DNA of 64,000 bases from Heteronotia binoei (lineage: Eukaryota): NCBI RefSeq assembly GCF_032191835.1, contig NC_083231.1, forward strand, positions 78,306,001 through 78,370,000. The letters run 5' to 3'. The position numbers and the translations under genes were made by a program. The notes under the pieces are model-generated. The model was not told where the DNA came from. It made no database searches and saw only the letters and a list, made by a program, of their open reading frames with translations. Shown here one piece after another: positions 11,989 to 25,249 of this stretch. The stretch's first letter is position 1; every line of letters begins with the position of its first letter.

Positions 11989-13096
11989 CCCCAGAATGTT
12001 ATGTTTTCTTCAGTCTCTTTAAATGCCTTCTCCAAACACTACATGGACTAGGAAGAGCACCAGAAATCAGTCCTGATGAAGCGTTAGCAGCACAGACAGA
12101 ATCCTATGAAATAAAAGGGTTTTTTTAAAAAACAAATAGTCTAGAACATGTATTTTTTGCAATCTTTTCCTGGATCTTCTCAGAGATACAAGAGCTACTC
12201 TTCAATGGCTGGTGAGTTACCAGTCTGGACCTTCAGTAGGAAGATCTATAAAATTTGTCAGAGTAGACTAACTTGAAACATTGTTGCTGCTCCGTCTCCA
12301 AGTGTGTGATTGAAGAAATTCTGGATCAGAAGAGAGATCTGCCCTCTGTTGGGTTATGTTCTCTTTGGAGCTGTTAGCAAGACATTCTTTTCATTCTTTT
12401 ATTCTTCTAGGATGAGTTCAAGGCCTCCCCCAAAACTTTTGGCTCCATTGCAAGAATAACTACTTAGATAATTTTTAAAAAACATTTCCATCTACCACGC
12501 AGACCCTAAGTCATAAATTTCTTCTCACCACTTTGTTGTATGTCAAAGCTCTCTCTTTTGATTTATTCATTACCAGAAACTGCAGTAAAGGCTACTGAGA
12601 AGGCTAGCCGGTGAAGCATCTTCTATACTGAAAGGACCAATTCATTGGCTCAAGGAAAGCCACCTTGGTGAAAACATGGAAGCATGTAATCTAGCCAAAC
12701 TGGTTTTATTCCTGTTAAATATCTTGCTTGGCTTCACTGGAAAAACTGATGCATCCAGAGGCCTTTACAGTTACTGGTTGAATGGTTTCCTGTGCTTTGC
12801 AAAATTCCTGAGCTTCTGCAGTTCAAATGAGTTCAGGTTTGGCCATTTAAGGGTGGCAAGGATGACTTAAAAGATGGGTCTCAATACATCAGAACTTACT
12901 GTTGCCACTGACAACAGTCAGCATGATAGGGCATCTATTATAGCCCTCAGCCAACAGATGGTCCTGTGCCAGCTAGAAATACTTGGCTCACCCACCTCCA
13001 CCAGGAATGGAAGACTGTTCTAGTGATCTTTGTGATATCGCAGAGACCTCTGAGATAGTCTACCATTCCATGTTGGTAGAAGTGCCAGAAGGCATT

Positions 13097-13384
13097 GGAG
13101 AGCCGGTTTGGTGTAGTGGTTAAGTGTGCGGACTCTTATCTGGGAGAACCGGGTTTGATTCCCCACTCCTCCACTTGCACCTGCTGGAATGGCCTTGGGT
13201 CAGCCATAGCTCTGGCAGAGGTTGTCCTTGAAAGGGCAGCTGCTGTGAGAGCCCTCTCCAGCTTCACCCACCTCACAGGGTGACTGTTGTGGGGGAGGAA
13301 GGTAAAGGAGATTGTGAGCCACTCTGAGACTCTTCGGAGTGGAGGGCGGGATATAAATCCAATATCTTCTTATTCTTATTCTTC
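13097..13384 (+). mobile_element. Young full-length tRNA-derived SINE (gecko Squam3C-like)
   Basis: A box TGGTGTAGTGG 13109-13119, B box GGTTTGATTCC 13152-13162, L2-like 3' stem-loop ACTC-TTCG-GAGT 13329-13340, (CTT/ATT)n tail; nearly identical to the copies at 51388 and 52056. Confidence 0.92.
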
Positions 13385-15147
13385 ATAGTATTACTTTTTT
13401 ATGATCCTTTCAGTCTTGCCAGTGCTAACAGACTTAAAGGAGCATGAAAGGGTTTCACTCCGCTCCTTTTATCCAGGAAGACTGTGTATTTGCATGCATG
13501 CAAGGGAGGAGCATGTGGGACAACTTTTTGACAAGAACCCTACCACAAATCCTTAGCTAGCCCTGCCTGAGCACAGTATTTCTGCACTTAAGAGGAAGAA
13601 AGGCCAGAGCAACCAACATAAGTTCTTTCCAAAAGTGCATGGTGATCACTCTCCATGACGTTACTACCTTCTCTGTACCTCTCCCCAGTACCTGCATCAG
13701 GTTCAGGAAAGCAGGGAATTTGAGGACAACCACCCTAGGCCGGCCCTCTTCAAGCAATTGTTTTATTCTGCTCAAGCTTAAATTCAATAAGCATTCTTCA
13801 ATCTCCTCAGAAGCAGGAAAACAGACTAGTCTTGCAAGGAAACTCCTAGTTTTCAATTTGGATCTTCCCTCCTATCAACTCAGAGCAACTAGTTTCCCAT
13901 CTGTATAGACTGACATCCTGCACTTGAGGGAGGAACAGGTTTGCATTAAGTTACATGTGTCATTTCACATTAATACAGAATGGGCTACCCAAGCTCTTGG
14001 TAGAGTTCCCATTCATTTTAATTGGACCAGAGTTCAGCATAGAAGATGAGAGTAGTCAAATGCTTTATCACAGGTCTCTTGCAATTATTCCATGGCTTCT
14101 TGTAATTTTAAAAAATAAAATTAAAACAAGCTTCTGTAGGTCTCATTTTTCTCTCAGACTGAAACGATCACATTTTCTTTCATTTCCAGGTTCCAACAAC
14201 CAGAATCCGGGAGAGGAAGACTGAGGCATTGCAGCAGGTGCAATTTGATTCACCAGTACACTGCCCTTCTGCAGGAGCGTGGCAGGAATTTCAAATAGGA
14301 TTAGCCACCCCAGACAAGGAAAAGGTCACACGACATTTCCACTGGAAATTCTAATGCAAATAGGCCTTTTGATACTCCTGACATTTTTTCTCTGCACACA
14401 TCTAATAGCCATGCATACATAAAAGGGAAATACTAAAACATGATGGTTAATATATGTTAATCTTGTGAAGGTGTTAATGTTAAGGACTGACTTCACAAAA
14501 AACACCAGCCTGCCAAAGAATAAGCTTGCCGGAGCCTTTCCAAAATAGAATTCTTGCGATATTAAGGCTTTATGAATGGAGAAAGAGGTAGAGAGAAGCA
14601 AACCTAACTTGGCAATGTTTCTCTATTTCTATCACATACACACCAAGGATTCTGAACAAAGAGGCTGAAACATATAGTTGGGTTTATTTATTTATTTTAA
14701 AAGCCATTGTTTCAGCTATCCTGGGCATCAGTCCTAGGATGTGATTTAGAACCCCAGCCTCCTGCTTTCACAGTTTACAGCAGTTTCTCAGTGAAAAAGA
14801 TTATTGGAGACACTATCTCATCACAGGGTTCAAGAGAGAACACTTTTCGTCCCTGTGGGAAAGCAAGGTGAACTATAAACGAATACATAAATTACTATGC
14901 TGGAGGCTGAGTCCTGGCATCTTAAAACAGTTCCAGAGATTAAACAGTTATGAGCATTTCCTCAAATGAAGTCCTGCTTTCTTGTCAGATCGGGTAAGAA
15001 TGGGCAACAGTGCAGAGGAAGGAGACATCAGCCTTCTGAAGAGTACATGGATAGGCAAATAATTAATAACTAAATCAACAATGAGATTTGGAATAGGCAT
15101 TTTCTTTTATATGAATATGAGAGCTGGCTTGGCATAGTAGTTAGAGT

Positions 15148-15400
15148 TAGGGATGGGCATGAACTGGCTCATGAAGTATAGTGTGTCAAAAATTTTGGCT
15201 GGTTCATGGTTTGCAAAAGTGATGTTTGTGGAAGGGCACAAACGTTCCAGGAACTTGTGGGCTGTTTGTAGTGGTCCATGAATCAATACATTTCCAGACA
15301 GGCTACCTCCACTCAAACTTTTTACAAAACTCCAAGACAACCAGGGTGTGTGTGTGCAGAATTCTCCAGCCTTGGAAGCATCAATAGGAGCCCTCCAAAG
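15148..15400 (+). mobile_element. Partial hAT-like element (TAGGGATGGGCA terminus)
   Basis: Start matches the terminus of the 36065-36477 element; the other terminus was not found. Confidence 0.45.
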
Positions 15401-15799
15401 TTTAACACACACTGCTGACTAACAACAGAGTTCCCATTCTGTTCTATGGGATCAAATATATATATTCTGCTCAACTCCACACCTTTTTGTCTATCAGCTG
15501 TTCACATTACAGTTACACAGAGAGGCAGAAAAGCTGACTAGCAAAGCGCATTCATTTATTTCCTCCAGACTGTGAATTCCTCTTCCCTTCTGAGGATTGG
15601 GGGTGTTAGGTAGACTCAGGACTCTGAGCCAGCCCACCTATCTACTCATGCACTTGGGTGCCTAGGCTGAGTGAGGATCCACATTTTGATTGTGATTTCT
15701 CACCCCTGCTGGGGTTTGGGTGTTAGGTGTTCTCAGGGCCCTGAACCACTCTGTCTCTCTGCTCACACCAAGTGGGCCTTAGCTACTGGGTAAGCTAAT

Positions 15800-15915
15800 C
15801 CCTAGTTAAAGGTATCAGATAGCAGGTGATGTGAAAGATCTCTACTGAGATCCTGGAAATCTCAGTCAGAGTAGATGATACCAACCTGATAAGTGAATGG
15901 TCTTACTCAATATCA
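15800..15915 (+). mobile_element. Fragment of second tRNA-SINE family (Squam2-like body)
   Basis: GGTGATGTGAAAGATCTCTACTGAGATCCTGG...CAGAGTAGATGATAC resembles the body of the family seen at 59254. Confidence 0.45.
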
Positions 15916-16431
15916 TAGATCTATATATTTGAGTACGCATTATTTAAAAAACTGGTTTATGGGTATTTTATCTTTTTTTTAAAAAGAGGGGTTTTGTCAC
16001 ATAAACAAATTAAAGCTTAATTTTGCTAGAACTACCTTAGCCGACTGAGGTTTAAATGGGGGGTTAAGAAGACAGAAACGGGCAGTAAAGGTCTTATTTG
16101 AAGACAAATGCCATTACTTCAAATCCTATATGAATCTAAGGTTGGTTTTAGTGGGTGATATCTAAAATTGGATTAAGGTGAAAAGTTGACCAAGGTACAG
16201 AGAAAGAATGGCATCACAGGAAACACAAAGTCTGAATAGTGAACATCAACATAAAGGGCTGGTGTGTACTTTCTGTGTTCGTGTGCATTTTCATATAAAT
16301 ACTATATAAAATAAAGAATTCTACAAGTGCAGATTTGCTGGTGCAACTAGAGGAGCCTCTCCCACATATCCAAGCCTGAAGATCCAGCATTCATATTTCA
16401 CTGCATTTGAGTCTTGTCTTTCTGTTTTGTG

Positions 16432-16505
16432 GCATGTCCCCTGTGCAAGCACTGAGTCCTTACCAAACCATGAGGTGACGTCACATCATGATGTTTTCTT
16501 TTCAC
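16432..16505 (-). mobile_element. Short Sauria SINE (Squam1)-like 3' fragment
   Basis: GTCCCCTGTGCAAGCAC...GGTGACGTCACATCATGATGTTTTC resembles the reverse-complemented Sauria SINE 3' end (from memory). Confidence 0.4.
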
Positions 16506-16862
16506 AGGCCTCCATTTATAAGGTAAACTTCACAGACTGAATTTATCTATTAAGTGCGAAATAATTTCTTCTTTTCAGCTAATAAGGCTATGGCTATGAC
16601 AAATTTCAGCTGTCTCAGAGACATCGAAATTTCTTAACCATTTAAAGATGTTTGTCTTTTTTTTAGTCTCTTATTAGTGGCCTGGAAATACTTTAACTAT
16701 TTAGGTATATACCTTAAGTCATTTTGGTGTACACCTTACGTCTTTAATATACTACTAGTAATCAGAATGTCTTAGACTATGTATCTATCAAATGTCAGGT
16801 TTAGTTCATAAAGATACTTCCTAATCTTAACAGTCTCAATACCCCACCACCGAGTGAGTTAA

Positions 16863-17066
16863 TGTTATTTATTTACTTCACTGGTACTCTACCTTTCTCC
16901 CCAATAGGAACCCAAAGCAGCTTACATGTTCTGGTCTCCTCACAACAGGCCTGTGAGGTAGGAAAAGTTTAGACTGTATAACTACCCCAAGGTCATCTAG
17001 CAAGCTTCCTTGGAAGAGTGGGGATTCAAATTTGAGTTTCCTTAGTTCTAGTCAAAGACTCTAACA
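16863..17066 (-). mobile_element. Older Squam3-like SINE
   Basis: (TTTA)n tail, CCCAAAGCAGCTTAC, CTCACAACA..CCTGTGAGGTAGG, B-box remnant GGGATTCAAATT. Confidence 0.6.
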
Positions 17067-17515
17067 GAGCAATCATATCAAGAGTTACACCAGTGTAAAT
17101 CTATTGAAATCACTGGATATAGACTAGAATAACTCTATATAGCATTGTGCTATTTCATTATATCAGGCCAGGGTGTTTTTATATTTATACATGCAATGGA
17201 TGGAAGAACAGTGAAGAGTGAACAAAATTAGAGAATCCAAAGGACACATCCTGATAAACAGTGTGTACAACTTGGCTATAATTAATATCTAAATCATTAT
17301 CTGCATTTGTTGAAGCATCAAAGCAAGGAAGTCATTTTCTTTCTAAATCCATAAATGCTGCTCCTTAGAACCAGGGCAGATGGCTGAAGAACATACATTA
17401 ATCTCAACTCTTATCATTGGCCAAGTCATAGTGATCTCTGCTTCTTTATCTTCACTTTATGCATCTCTTGCAAGCAGTCCCAAATTGATAAAGGATGAGA
17501 CTTCTCAGCTTAGAT

Positions 17516-17716
17516 CAGAGCTTTTTTTGAGCAGGAATGCACAGGAACACAGTTCCAGCTGGCTTGGCATCAGGGGGTGTGGCCTAATATGCAAATGAGT
17601 TCAAGCTGGGCTTTTTCTACAAAAAAAAGCTTTATGTCAAATAATGGTGATGTCAGAGGTGTGACCTAATATGCAAATAAGTTCCTGCTGGGCTTTTTCT
17701 ACCAAAAAAAGCCCAG
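17516..17716 (+). mobile_element. Octamer-family hAT MITE, dimeric form
   Basis: Termini CAGAGCTTTTTTT / AAAAAAAGCCCAG; two CTAATATGCAAAT units; flanks GCTTAGAT and GCTCAGAC (6/8). Confidence 0.85.
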
Positions 17717-19607
17717 GCTCAGACAAACCTGTCTACTTAAAGCCTGTGATTCAAAATACACTTACATGTAAGAAAGACTTCCTCAAATCAGTGTCACTTG
17801 AAAGCAAGCCTTGGAGATTTCAACAAGCATACTAGACTTTGTGTGTTTTACAGCATGCTCTGAATTTCCCTCATAATTTTTTTTGTATTGTTAATTGTTT
17901 AGAAGAGTGGAAAGGACACTATAGAAATACCAAAATGTAATTTAGCTACAAGCTGGTCTTTTACATTGCAATTTACATTTCTTTTTTTAAAAAATTATCA
18001 CAGTCTGCAATGACCATTCTACAAAATACTAGTATCTTTCCCCACCCCTCACCATCCCACATGAGGCCTTAGCTGAACGAAAAATTTTGCAAACCTTTAC
18101 ATTGTTCTTCCTGACACCGGATCAGCAAAGACAAAAAGCAACTGCCAGCTCAAAAGAAATCCAGTGATAGAGCCTGGTGCTATCTAATCAAGGGCAAAAG
18201 GTCACTTCCGAACAACTGGGCAATAAAAGATTATTTCCAGCCACAGAACAGAAAGGCTCCATGGTGGATGCTTGAAAGAGGAGGGGTGGAAGGAGGGCAA
18301 AAGGGCTCCCGTCTGTGGGAGGAAGTGCATTGAATAAAACCAGCAGACGGGAACCATCTGGCTCTGTGCGTGGTCTGTTCTTAAGAAGACAGAGAAAGCC
18401 CCCTCAGAGGGGCCAGTGACTCCATGCAATGATTCAGACTTTTGTTGTAATTTAAAAGCAGCTTTCCCAGGCGCCAAGAAATTGAAAAAGAGAATTTTCC
18501 CAACACAAGGACCTAGGGACATGTCTTAGCACATGTTGACTGTGAGACACATCCCTCATTTTTATTCACTTGGGATACATGGGTCTTATCAAAAGGCCAG
18601 ATCCTGAGCATTCATGAATTAAAATTCCTAACTGTTAGAATTCAGGCTGCACTAAATGTCTGCAAAGAACTTGGACAGCATGCACACAGAGCTTAATCTT
18701 TTGCTGTGGTCTTGTTTTTTTAAAAATGGATACTCTCTCAGAAATAATTTCTCTTTCCTATTATATGGCCTCATTAAGTGAAAAGAAAATGAAGGGGAAA
18801 TATTATAATCAGACTATTTATCATGAACCACAAAAGAGCAGCATTACAAATATTTCTGTTCAAATGGCACCTACATAGTCATTTCTCCTTTTTACCCAGT
18901 TTGAAAGAGCTAGGGTGGGGGTCCGGATTTCACCTGTCCAATTTTCATAAACCAAAGCCCAAAGGCTTCACAGTATACCAAACTGTTTTTCCTATTTGCT
19001 TTTGTTTTACACACACATTTACAAACACACACACACAAACCTCCTTTTGCAGAGGACAGGGACCAGGACTGTCACTTAACTGACTGTGACAGAGAAAGCT
19101 TAACTTGGAGGCTCAGCTTGATAGGAACAGCTTGAATAAATGTCCCAGCAAGCCTTAAGATCAGTTGGGGCTGAACAAATGTCCTCCGGCTAATCCAGCT
19201 CTAGGAGAAAGGAAATGGCACCATTAAACATCCTGACCATCTATTCAGAACAACTGAGGCTTTGTTCTAAATAAGACCTTTTAAGAATTGTAATGTCTGC
19301 ACAGATTCATAAAGCCAATCAGCGTGTAAGTTTGATCCTGGGGACTTTTTCTGGGGAATTTTAAAAAAAGACTTTACCCCTTGAAAAAACAGAACAGAAT
19401 GCACTTTTTTAAAAAGAGAAAGAAGTCATTTGAAATCTTAAAATACATGAATTTATTAACAATTATGTCACAGCAGAAAGCAACTTACATTTTCATAGAT
19501 TTTTGTCTAAACACAAAATGAAAATGCCCTTCTCAAGCTCAGGTGTTATTTTGTCCCTTGCTGTCTGTTGAGGAATACTGACTATGCCTAGACCATAAGG
19601 TTGCCAA

Positions 19608-19845
19608 TGAGGGTTGCCAGACCCCCCCAGTGAAGGTGGGAGTTCCCCTGATACCAGGCCCCACCTCCTCACTGCTGACCAGCTGGCCAGTGGGAGGAAT
19701 TTACCCTGAAAAAGAGGGGAAATCCTCCCAGGTGCAGTGAAGTGTCTATGTGCATCCCACATGACCTGAAAGCGACACTATCATTTCCATGACATTGGGA
19801 ATGACACTTGCTTTGGTATTTGGGCAAAAACTATATGGCAGAAGT
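19608..19845 (+). mobile_element. Partial hAT-like MITE (AGGGTTGCCAG terminus)
   Basis: AGGGTTGCCAGACCCCCC start; right terminus not found. Confidence 0.45.
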
Positions 19846-22679
19846 CAAAATGATTCCCATTTCACTTCCAGCTTTATCAAGAACTGACTTACAATTCCAG
19901 CATTAAGAAATATAAACTAGTAAATATAAAGACATAGTAGCCTCCACATAATTCAATAAACAACAACACCTGTTACGTGAAATTGATTATCTCGCTGAGA
20001 CAAATGTCTTCACATATTGGCCAGCCATGTGCTGTGCTTCAACAAAGGAGCAAGCAGGTGTTTCTGATAGTTTAAAGGTACAATTCATAATCAGCACTGA
20101 TGTAGCCTGCTCCCATCTAGTATACATAAAATCAAATTTGTTTATGATTGTTATATGTAAACCACCTTGAGAATCCTTCGGGTAGTGAAGGGCAGGGTGT
20201 ATATCCAATCTCCTCCTCCTTTCTCTCTCTGTCATGCTACTTTCCCCTCTGTTTCATCACTCCTCAAAATCTACTTCATCTGCAAAGTGTCCTTTATTTC
20301 CCCAACAATAGATTTCACATGACAGGTTATTATGTCAACTTCTCTTTTCCGAAAGGCATCTTTCTGACATCTCCCAACAAGAGGTTTCCTTGAGTTAGAG
20401 ACAAGGCATAAGCATAGGAACAAACTAGACATGACAGCAGCCACAGGACCAACCCATGGCCATCGACACCATTTTAGAGAGAAATTTAGCCATTTTAAAA
20501 TTGCCACAAGCTCATGATCCTGATTGGGCCCATAAGCACAGTGGCAAAAGGTTCCTCCAATGCTTTTATGGTGCCAAATATTTCAGTACTTGGAAAACTG
20601 CAGAGGGGCAAACAAGATTGTTGGCCCCATGTCCTCTGTCTTTTCTAGTCTGACCTGATTCCATAGATGAGGAAGTAAAACAACAGGGCATATGAGAAGT
20701 CCCACCCAAACATATTATCTCCTGAGCAGCAAATATTGACCAGCTGAGGGGGCAATAACTGCTAGACTACACCTTTATTGTGCATTTTCATAAATGGGAC
20801 ATATGCATAAAGGACAAAAAGGCAATTCTAACCACACACTAGGAAGTTAAATTCCCATAAAAACGACTTCTGTATAAACATGCTTATACATGTTTCCTAC
20901 CTATTAAAGATCAAAGGGGGAGAGGAAATGTGAGAATTTTTCTGTTTCTTATAACTGGGGATTCAAAAGAGGCTTTAGCAATATGCAGGTCTTTAAATAA
21001 ACAAAATAGTGAAGAACGCCAGAAAAGCTGCCAATCATGTCCTAACCTTGCTGCTACTGTGTGGGCAATGATTCATAGAAGGTTAGTGCTTGATTCCATT
21101 GATCAGCAGTGTGCTCAAGGTAAGGTGAGTGAATGCTACCTGTGATGACGGCTGAGTCAAATGTGGAAGTCACCATTCGATACTGCAGTCACCAAATGAC
21201 CAATTTACACTTGTGCACTAGCTCCCAAACAGTTCTCCACCATACCAAGCAGGACCCATGGGTTGCTTTTCAGTAACAGTTATGCTGCCAGGATAAAATA
21301 TGAAACAGGCTAGACTCATCTCACCAAAAGACGTCATCTTTATTCTTAAGAAGAACAGTTTCCATGGAAGAAGAGCTTTGGGGCCTAAAGCACTGACAAC
21401 ATCTTTCCAATTTTCTTTTCCCCTGCCCAAGCCAAGAACAATTTAGTCAAGTCATCTTATTTTGACTAGGTTTTCACCAGGTACAGTTTAAAATTCTAAA
21501 TTCTCTCCCTCCCCCCCAAATTTAAAGCTGAGGTCAAACTAGGTATCTTATCCTAATTTTGCACTCTTTCTTTCATTCTTCCTGTTCTTGTAAATGGCAA
21601 CTAGTTTCTCATAAAGGGATACCAGCCCTTGTTAGCTGGAAGACCAGGGCATTTGGCTCAGTGCAGTACTGCTAAATTATGAAACAGGAAACTGTGATGT
21701 CATGTCTAGTAAAGCATCAAAAGCACCTTGTTTAAAATAGAAATATCAGATGAGATCATTACTTTTTAAAATATATTCTATTTTTTTGGCATAACACCCA
21801 CCTATCTAGGAGTCCTTGAAAAAAAGAATACTGTAAAAGCTACTTAGAATTAAAAAAAAAAAAAAAGGTTGTCAAATCTCCCTATGGACATTCTTTGTTT
21901 TGTTTTGGCAACAACTTTACGTAGGAACATCACCCACAACTTTCAGGAAGAACAAATTATCTGCATTAGTATACAGAGATTTTTATTCAATAACATATGG
22001 CACTTAACAAAGACATATCATTAAAATTATCATAAAGTTAAGCCTCGTTAAGTCCTATTGATTTCAGTTGGAGAGAATCAACTTTGTGCTTAACATTTAC
22101 AATGAAATAAATGTACTTCCATTTGGCAGGATTATGCCCAGATGGAAGCCACTCCCATACTTCCATCACAATCATTTTATTTCATCTCCTTTTGAAAACA
22201 CGGGGGGGGGGCAGAATCTGACCCAATTTTATTGACAAAAGGTCAGGTCACTAAAGTCCTTGTGATTTTTTAAAATTAATTGTAGAATATGATATAATTT
22301 AGTTCAATATATTCTTATTCACACCAGGATGTGACAGTTGAAACTTTTCTGGTTAGTATTATGAGACTATCAGCAGTCATCTTCAAAAAAGTAGAGAACA
22401 ACTTTAAAAACATGATTTTATTAGAAATTAAGAAAAGGTTTTTTTCAACTTTCAACATACTGAAGTATGAAGAAAATTGGTGCTTCTCATTTTGGGGGGG
22501 AGCGCACAATAACTGGTACTTCTCCACTGCCAAGGCACCTAGAGAGAGCCAACATAGAGAGGAGAGGCATGGGAATAATTCAATTTTCTTTATTCTTCAC
22601 TCTCTTCTCCATAACAGACAGGCATTCCCCACAGAAACTCCTTCACTCCTGGGTCTACAGCACCCCCTCCAAACTTACA

Positions 22680-22758
22680 GCACTGTCTCTGGGCATTTCC
22701 AAGTTCCTTGGCGGGGGAGGGCGGGATACAAAAATAAATTTACTTTACTTTACTTTAC
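22680..22758 (+). mobile_element. Isolated L2-type 3' tail
   Basis: GGCGGGGGAGGGCGGGATACAAAAATAAA followed by (TTTAC)n; same 3' end as the L2 at 30.2 kb. Confidence 0.6.
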
Positions 22759-24764
22759 ATGCCCAGTGTTCGGGCTCCCCATGGGAGAAGCCAGCTTACT
22801 CCTTTTCAGCCTGGTCTTCAAGGTTACTACTGTGTGTTATCTCATGATGATTTCATATGTTGCTTTATAGTGTGAGAAACAATTTTTAACATTCTGTGTT
22901 TGCCTTGCTTTTGAATTAATCTCGTGCCCAGCACAAAAGGTGCACTTGTAATGGTTACAATGAACATATATATCTGACGCACCTGCAGTTGTATCTCAGT
23001 TCTGATACTGGCGTTAACCCGGGTCACTAGTCCTATCTTACAATAAACGCTTATCCTGAACCCATGGAGAGTCATTATTGAAGATAGTTCCGAGACCTGA
23101 CACTCTCCTCCCATTTAGGATATGTTCTCACATGCCAGGAGATACTCCCCATGCCAACCAGCCATGACCCTGGCATCTAGTACCCATTCGTTTTTCTTTC
23201 TTTTGTCCTTTGGCCTCTGGCCCTCAACCATAAGGGACTCCAAATGCCTGTGCCAGTCTGCTCCAAAAAGTGCCTTGCCAGATGTCAGGGCAGATCCTCC
23301 ACAGAGTCCATCTGACATACTGTCACTGTTTTGTTGGTTCATTCATCTGAGGAAAGAATTTCATTGAGGAAAGACTCATTGCACTTAGTTCTTATTATTT
23401 GCATTACATTAATAAAAGTTCTATTGGCCTCAGTGCTCTGTCTCCATTCTAAACATTTTTAATGTATTGAAAATCACTAATCAAGTGATCTAAAAGCAAG
23501 ATCAGAAGCCAAGAAATTTTAAAGAGAGTTAATTTTAGTTCTAACATCAACAGTTTTTGCAGAGCTTTGGGCTACCCAGTTAAGTGTCTTGGAATCAGAC
23601 TCAAGGTAACTGTGGGTAGGTGTGTCACACTGAAATATTGAATTTTCATGCTATGGCTGAACTTAGCACATAGTGTCCCCCATTACCATATGTCTCAGAC
23701 TGGTAGAATAATCAATATTTTGTTTACTGGAGCTGTTGACATATATTAGTTTTATATTACTTTCTTCTGAGATGCCTTCTTTCTGAAATGTGTGAACACT
23801 TTTTAAAGTGATGTGGATTTTACATGCCATGGTCTGAATATTTTTGTAATATTGTTTTTTATCAGATTGGATGCCGAAGTGTAAGAGCATGTACTCATTT
23901 TGAAAATAACACTTGAGAGGGGGCTGTTGATAACTTACACAAAGGGGGAGAAATCACCACTGCCACTATAAAAATGCAGACTAAGAAAGTTTTCGCTTAT
24001 TATCATTGGAACATAGATTGTCTAATGGGAAGTCAATGTGCAAGCCAAATACCACCACCTGCAACACAAACACATCAGTGGAAGGCTCAGGGGAGAGGTT
24101 TGTTTTCACTGTTGAAAGTGGAGGATTTATTGCTGTTATGCAGGTGCACAAGGTCATAGTTTTGCCCTAGGAATGAATAGTCCTTGGGGTGGAAGGGCAT
24201 TTGCAGCTGCATATTTGGAACTGATCTGAACCCTTTGTCTCTCTCTTTTGAATAGCTCTGACTTCTGCTACAAACAAGATTCAGTCAAGCAGGCAGAGTT
24301 AGAGACAGTTCACACAAGTGATTGTGAGCATTACCTGATACGTCATCATTTGACTGTTATATATTAGACTAAGAATAAGGCCCACTGTGAAAATAAATAC
24401 AACAGGCCCTAGAAAGAGGCTGTGAGTGAGTGACCTGGCTTGGGGCAGGTCCGTGTCCATTTGCTGTAGTGTCATAGCATGATGTCAATCACGCAGACAC
24501 TGAAGCTCAACATTTGTTGTGTCTGCAGCGCATTGTTGCCATATTTTCCTGTGGCATTTGGCCTTGCAGCTTTTAGAATCAGCATCAGCATGTGCTTGGG
24601 TGTGATCTGTCTTTTTTGGCCTGGTCTGGTTGTGTTACAGTATACCAGAGTATGTGCTTCAAGGTGGCCATTTTCTGTAGGGGAAGATATCTGACTTCAA
24701 TTTTCCATCTCCTCCCCCTCTCCCTGCAGCCTCTAGCTAGGAAAAGTAAAGCAGTGAGGACCAA

Positions 24765-24925
24765 GGCAGCTTACATCATTCTCCTCTCCCCCTTTTGATA
24801 TGCACAACAACCCTGCGAGGTAGGCTAGGCTGAAAGTCTGTAACTAGTCCAAAATCACCCAGTCAGCTTCCACAGCAAGAATCTGGGTTTGGCAAACCCT
24901 GCTCTGAAGCACTAACTGCTATGCC
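24765..24925 (-). mobile_element. Older Squam3-like SINE
   Basis: GCAGCTTACATCATTCTCCTCTCC...ACAACAACCCTGCGAGGTAGGCTAGGCTGA matches the 50505 copy. Confidence 0.6.
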
Positions 24926-25020
24926 TTACTGGCTGTCATAGGCAGCAGTAGCAAACAGCAGGCCTAGTTAAGTCATGCCAGTCAGGTGAAATCAAATCAC
25001 CCAGAGGGTGCTGCCAGACC

Positions 25021-25225
25021 TAGGATAGCCAGTGTCCAGGTGGAGCCTGAAGATCTTCTGGTATAACAACTGAACTCCAGACATCAAATCTCTTTCCCCT
25101 TGGAGATAATAAGTGCTTTGGCATTATATTCAACTGAGGTGTCTCCTGTCCCCAAACTCTGGTTTCTGTAAACTCCACCACAAAATCTCCAGGAATTTCC
25201 CACCAACGTGGAGCTGGCAACCCTA
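25021..25225 (+). mobile_element. hAT-like MITE (GGGTTGCCAAC family)
   Basis: Termini TAGGATAGCCA / TGGCAACCCTA; internal similarity to the 61890 copy. Confidence 0.7.
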
Positions 25226-25249
25226 GTCAGGACTGGCCCCATTGAGTTC

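Noticed and set aside
11430-12035. Four spaced CTCTTTAAATGCCTTC repeats as a CRISPR-like array
   Set aside because: Eukaryotic locus, irregular spacing, related rather than unique spacers; mostly internal repeats of a hAT element.
13097-13170. tRNA genes at SINE heads (also 51388, 52332, 59254)
   Set aside because: A/B boxes are present, but there is no complete cloverleaf and each continues into a SINE body and tail.
13557-13856. ORF with RPRVVVLKF resembling an L1 ORF1 motif
   Set aside because: The resemblance is limited to a few residues; no other L1 features nearby.
16476-16483. Perfect CRE TGACGTCA
   Set aside because: Lies within a probable SINE fragment; a single 8-mer is not significant in 64 kb.
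22331-22870. 179-aa plus-strand ORF
   Set aside because: Non-ATG start, low-complexity composition, runs through an L2 tail; chance ORF.
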